From sequence record KJ019095.1: DNA of 64,000 nt; one strand, written 5' to 3'. The notes under the pieces were generated by a model. The model saw only the letters and a list, made by a program, of their open reading frames with translations. It was not told where the DNA came from and made no database searches. Each line of letters starts with the position of its first letter. The first letter of the stretch is position 1. The position numbers were made by a program, and so were the translations under genes. Below are positions 62,704 through 64,000 of the stretch, in pieces.

Positions 62704-63873
62704 GTGTTTATCGGTTATCTTATTGGTGGTTCGAGTGAAGGACCCGATGAGGAGATTGTACAATCAGATAGTGACTATTCTAAACTATCTGATAAGCAAC
62801 TGCAATACCTAAGAGCACAAACCATAAAGGATATTGCTAAGTTTTATAACTTCCAGCAAGTAAGGAAAATTACCCTAAACTCCGCTTATGGTGCTTTGGG
62901 TAACCAATACTTCAGATACTACAAACTGGCGAACGCGGAGGCAGTGACCTTCTCTGGTCAGTTAAGTATCCGTTGGATTGAGAATAAGATGAATGGATTC
63001 ATCAATGAGATTCTAAAAACAGAGGGTAAGGATTATGTGATCGCCTCTGATACTGACTCTATCTACATTAACTTTGGTGATGTGGTAGATAAGTTCTTGA
63101 AGAAGTTTGATGGTGATAAGGAGAAGACTGTATCAATGGTAGATAAGATCTGTAAGGATCAACTAGAACCCTTCATTGATAAGTGCTATTCTCAGTTGGG
63201 TGAGTATGTGAATGCATACGAACAGAAGATGCAGATGAAGAGAGAGAATATTGCAGACAGGGGTATCTGGACAGCAAAGAAGAGATATATCCTAAACGTA
63301 TGGGATAGTGAGGGTGTTCGTTATGAGGAACCCAAACTGAAGATGATGGGTATTGAGGCTGTGAAGTCATCTACACCTGCCCCTTGTAGAACTATGATCA
63401 AGGATGCTCTCCGTATTATCATTGAGAAATCTGAGGATGAAGTCATTGACTACATTGATGATTGTAGGAAGAAGTTCAAACAGATGAAACCAGAGGAGAT
63501 CGCGTTTCCTCGTTCCGTTAGTGATATGATCAAGTTTCGTTCTGGGACAACAATATATGCTAAGAGTACTCCTATGCATGTGAGGGGGGCGTTACTATTC
63601 AATCATCACATTAAGAAGGGTGGGTTGGAGAACAAGTATTCTCTCATCAATAGTGGTGAGAAGATCAAGTTCTGCTACCTCAAGATTCCTAATCTAATTG
63701 GTGAGAATGTTATCTCATTCATCTCCGACTTTCCTAGGGAACTTAAGTTGGAGAAGTATGTTGATTATGATACCCAATTCAATAAAGCATTCCTAGATCC
63801 ACTCAAGATCATCTTGGATGCTATTGGTTGGAACTGTGAGAAGCAGATGTCCTTGGAGTCATTTTTTACCTGA
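62704..63873 (+). CDS. gp43B: Family B DNA polymerase, C-terminal half (gp43B: motifs B and C, thumb, clamp-binding tail)
   Basis: Motif B RKITLNSAYG, motif C SDTDSIY, WTAKKRY and a C-terminal clamp-binding-like QMSLESFF. The start codon is non-ATG. Confidence 0.93.
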   Translation: MFIGYLIGGSSEGPDEEIVQSDSDYSKLSDKQLQYLRAQTIKDIAKFYNFQQVRKITLNSAYGALGNQYFRYYKLANAEAVTFSGQLSIRWIENKMNGFINEILKTEGKDYVIASDTDSIYINFGDVVDKFLKKFDGDKEKTVSMVDKICKDQLEPFIDKCYSQLGEYVNAYEQKMQMKRENIADRGIWTAKKRYILNVWDSEGVRYEEPKLKMMGIEAVKSSTPAPCRTMIKDALRIIIEKSEDEVIDYIDDCRKKFKQMKPEEIAFPRSVSDMIKFRSGTTIYAKSTPMHVRGALLFNHHIKKGGLENKYSLINSGEKIKFCYLKIPNLIGENVISFISDFPRELKLEKYVDYDTQFNKAFLDPLKIILDAIGWNCEKQMSLESFFT

Positions 63874-63901
63874 TATATAAAACCCCCAGAGGAGATCACC
63901 A

Positions 63902-64000
63902 ATGGAAAAACAAAATCTAGCGATGGATCTATTCATCGAGTCTGTAATCAAACCAGACAGTGACCTTAGGGGTCAAGCATCAGAACAGGGTTGTCTAGAA
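63902..64000 (+). CDS. Hypothetical protein, 3'-truncated by the window edge
   Basis: SD GAGGAG upstream. MEKQNLAMDLFIESVIKPDSDLRGQASEQGCLE is open to the end of the window. Confidence 0.55.
   Translation, partial: MEKQNLAMDLFIESVIKPDSDLRGQASEQGCLE

Noticed and set aside
62324-62706. Group I intron in gp43. Removing 62324-62706 (exon ends in U, segment ends in G) would join the halves in frame (KRRG-FIGYLIGG), and the words AAGATTATAGTC (62383) and GTTCAACAGAC (62564) resemble S and R elements.
   Set aside because: The S-like word precedes the R-like word (wrong order), the P7 pairing is imperfect, and the segment is fully occupied by two coupled ORFs. The in-frame join follows from the duplicated GAGGTG. 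RT-PCR would settle it.
62321-62715. T4 gene 60-like ribosomal bypass from GGT 62321 to GGT 62713
   Set aside because: No stop codon or hairpin directly follows the take-off codon, and a ~390-nt hop through two ORFs is implausible.
62729-62740. GGTTCGAGT resembling a tRNA T-loop
   Set aside because: It lies within gp43B coding sequence with no cloverleaf. No tRNA was found in any intergenic gap.

Overview
This is a 64-kb fragment of a T4-like marine cyanomyovirus (Kyanoviridae-like) genome, and every gene I can support is on the + strand. The order is canonical: baseplate (gp6 5'-truncated, giant gp7, gp8, VrlC-like), neck and tail (gp13, gp14, gp15), packaging (gp16, gp17), sheath, tube, portal, protease, scaffold and capsid (gp18-gp23), gp3, uvsY, uvsW, late sigma gp55, gp47/gp46, a 2OG-Fe(II) oxygenase, a vWA/HExxH peptidase plus MoxR-like (CobS-like) ATPase pair, gp45, a DenV-like glycosylase, gp44, gp62, regA, hsp20 and DNA polymerase gp43. 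The most notable observations are five. (1) gp43 is split at the fingers domain into two genes separated by a 2-ORF cassette flanked by a duplicated RBS. (2) A 936-aa basic protein looks like a polyprotein of DNA-binding modules joined by prohead-protease-type (hydrophobic-x-E) linkers. (3) There are four paralogous small Sm-like beta-barrel proteins. (4) A late-promoter-driven outer-membrane beta-barrel gene is followed by a candidate ~50-nt switchable RNA. (5) A palindromic operator-like motif precedes sigma70-type promoters. I saw no tRNA, rRNA, CRISPR, intein or homing endonuclease. All annotations come from motif recognition and synteny, not database searches.
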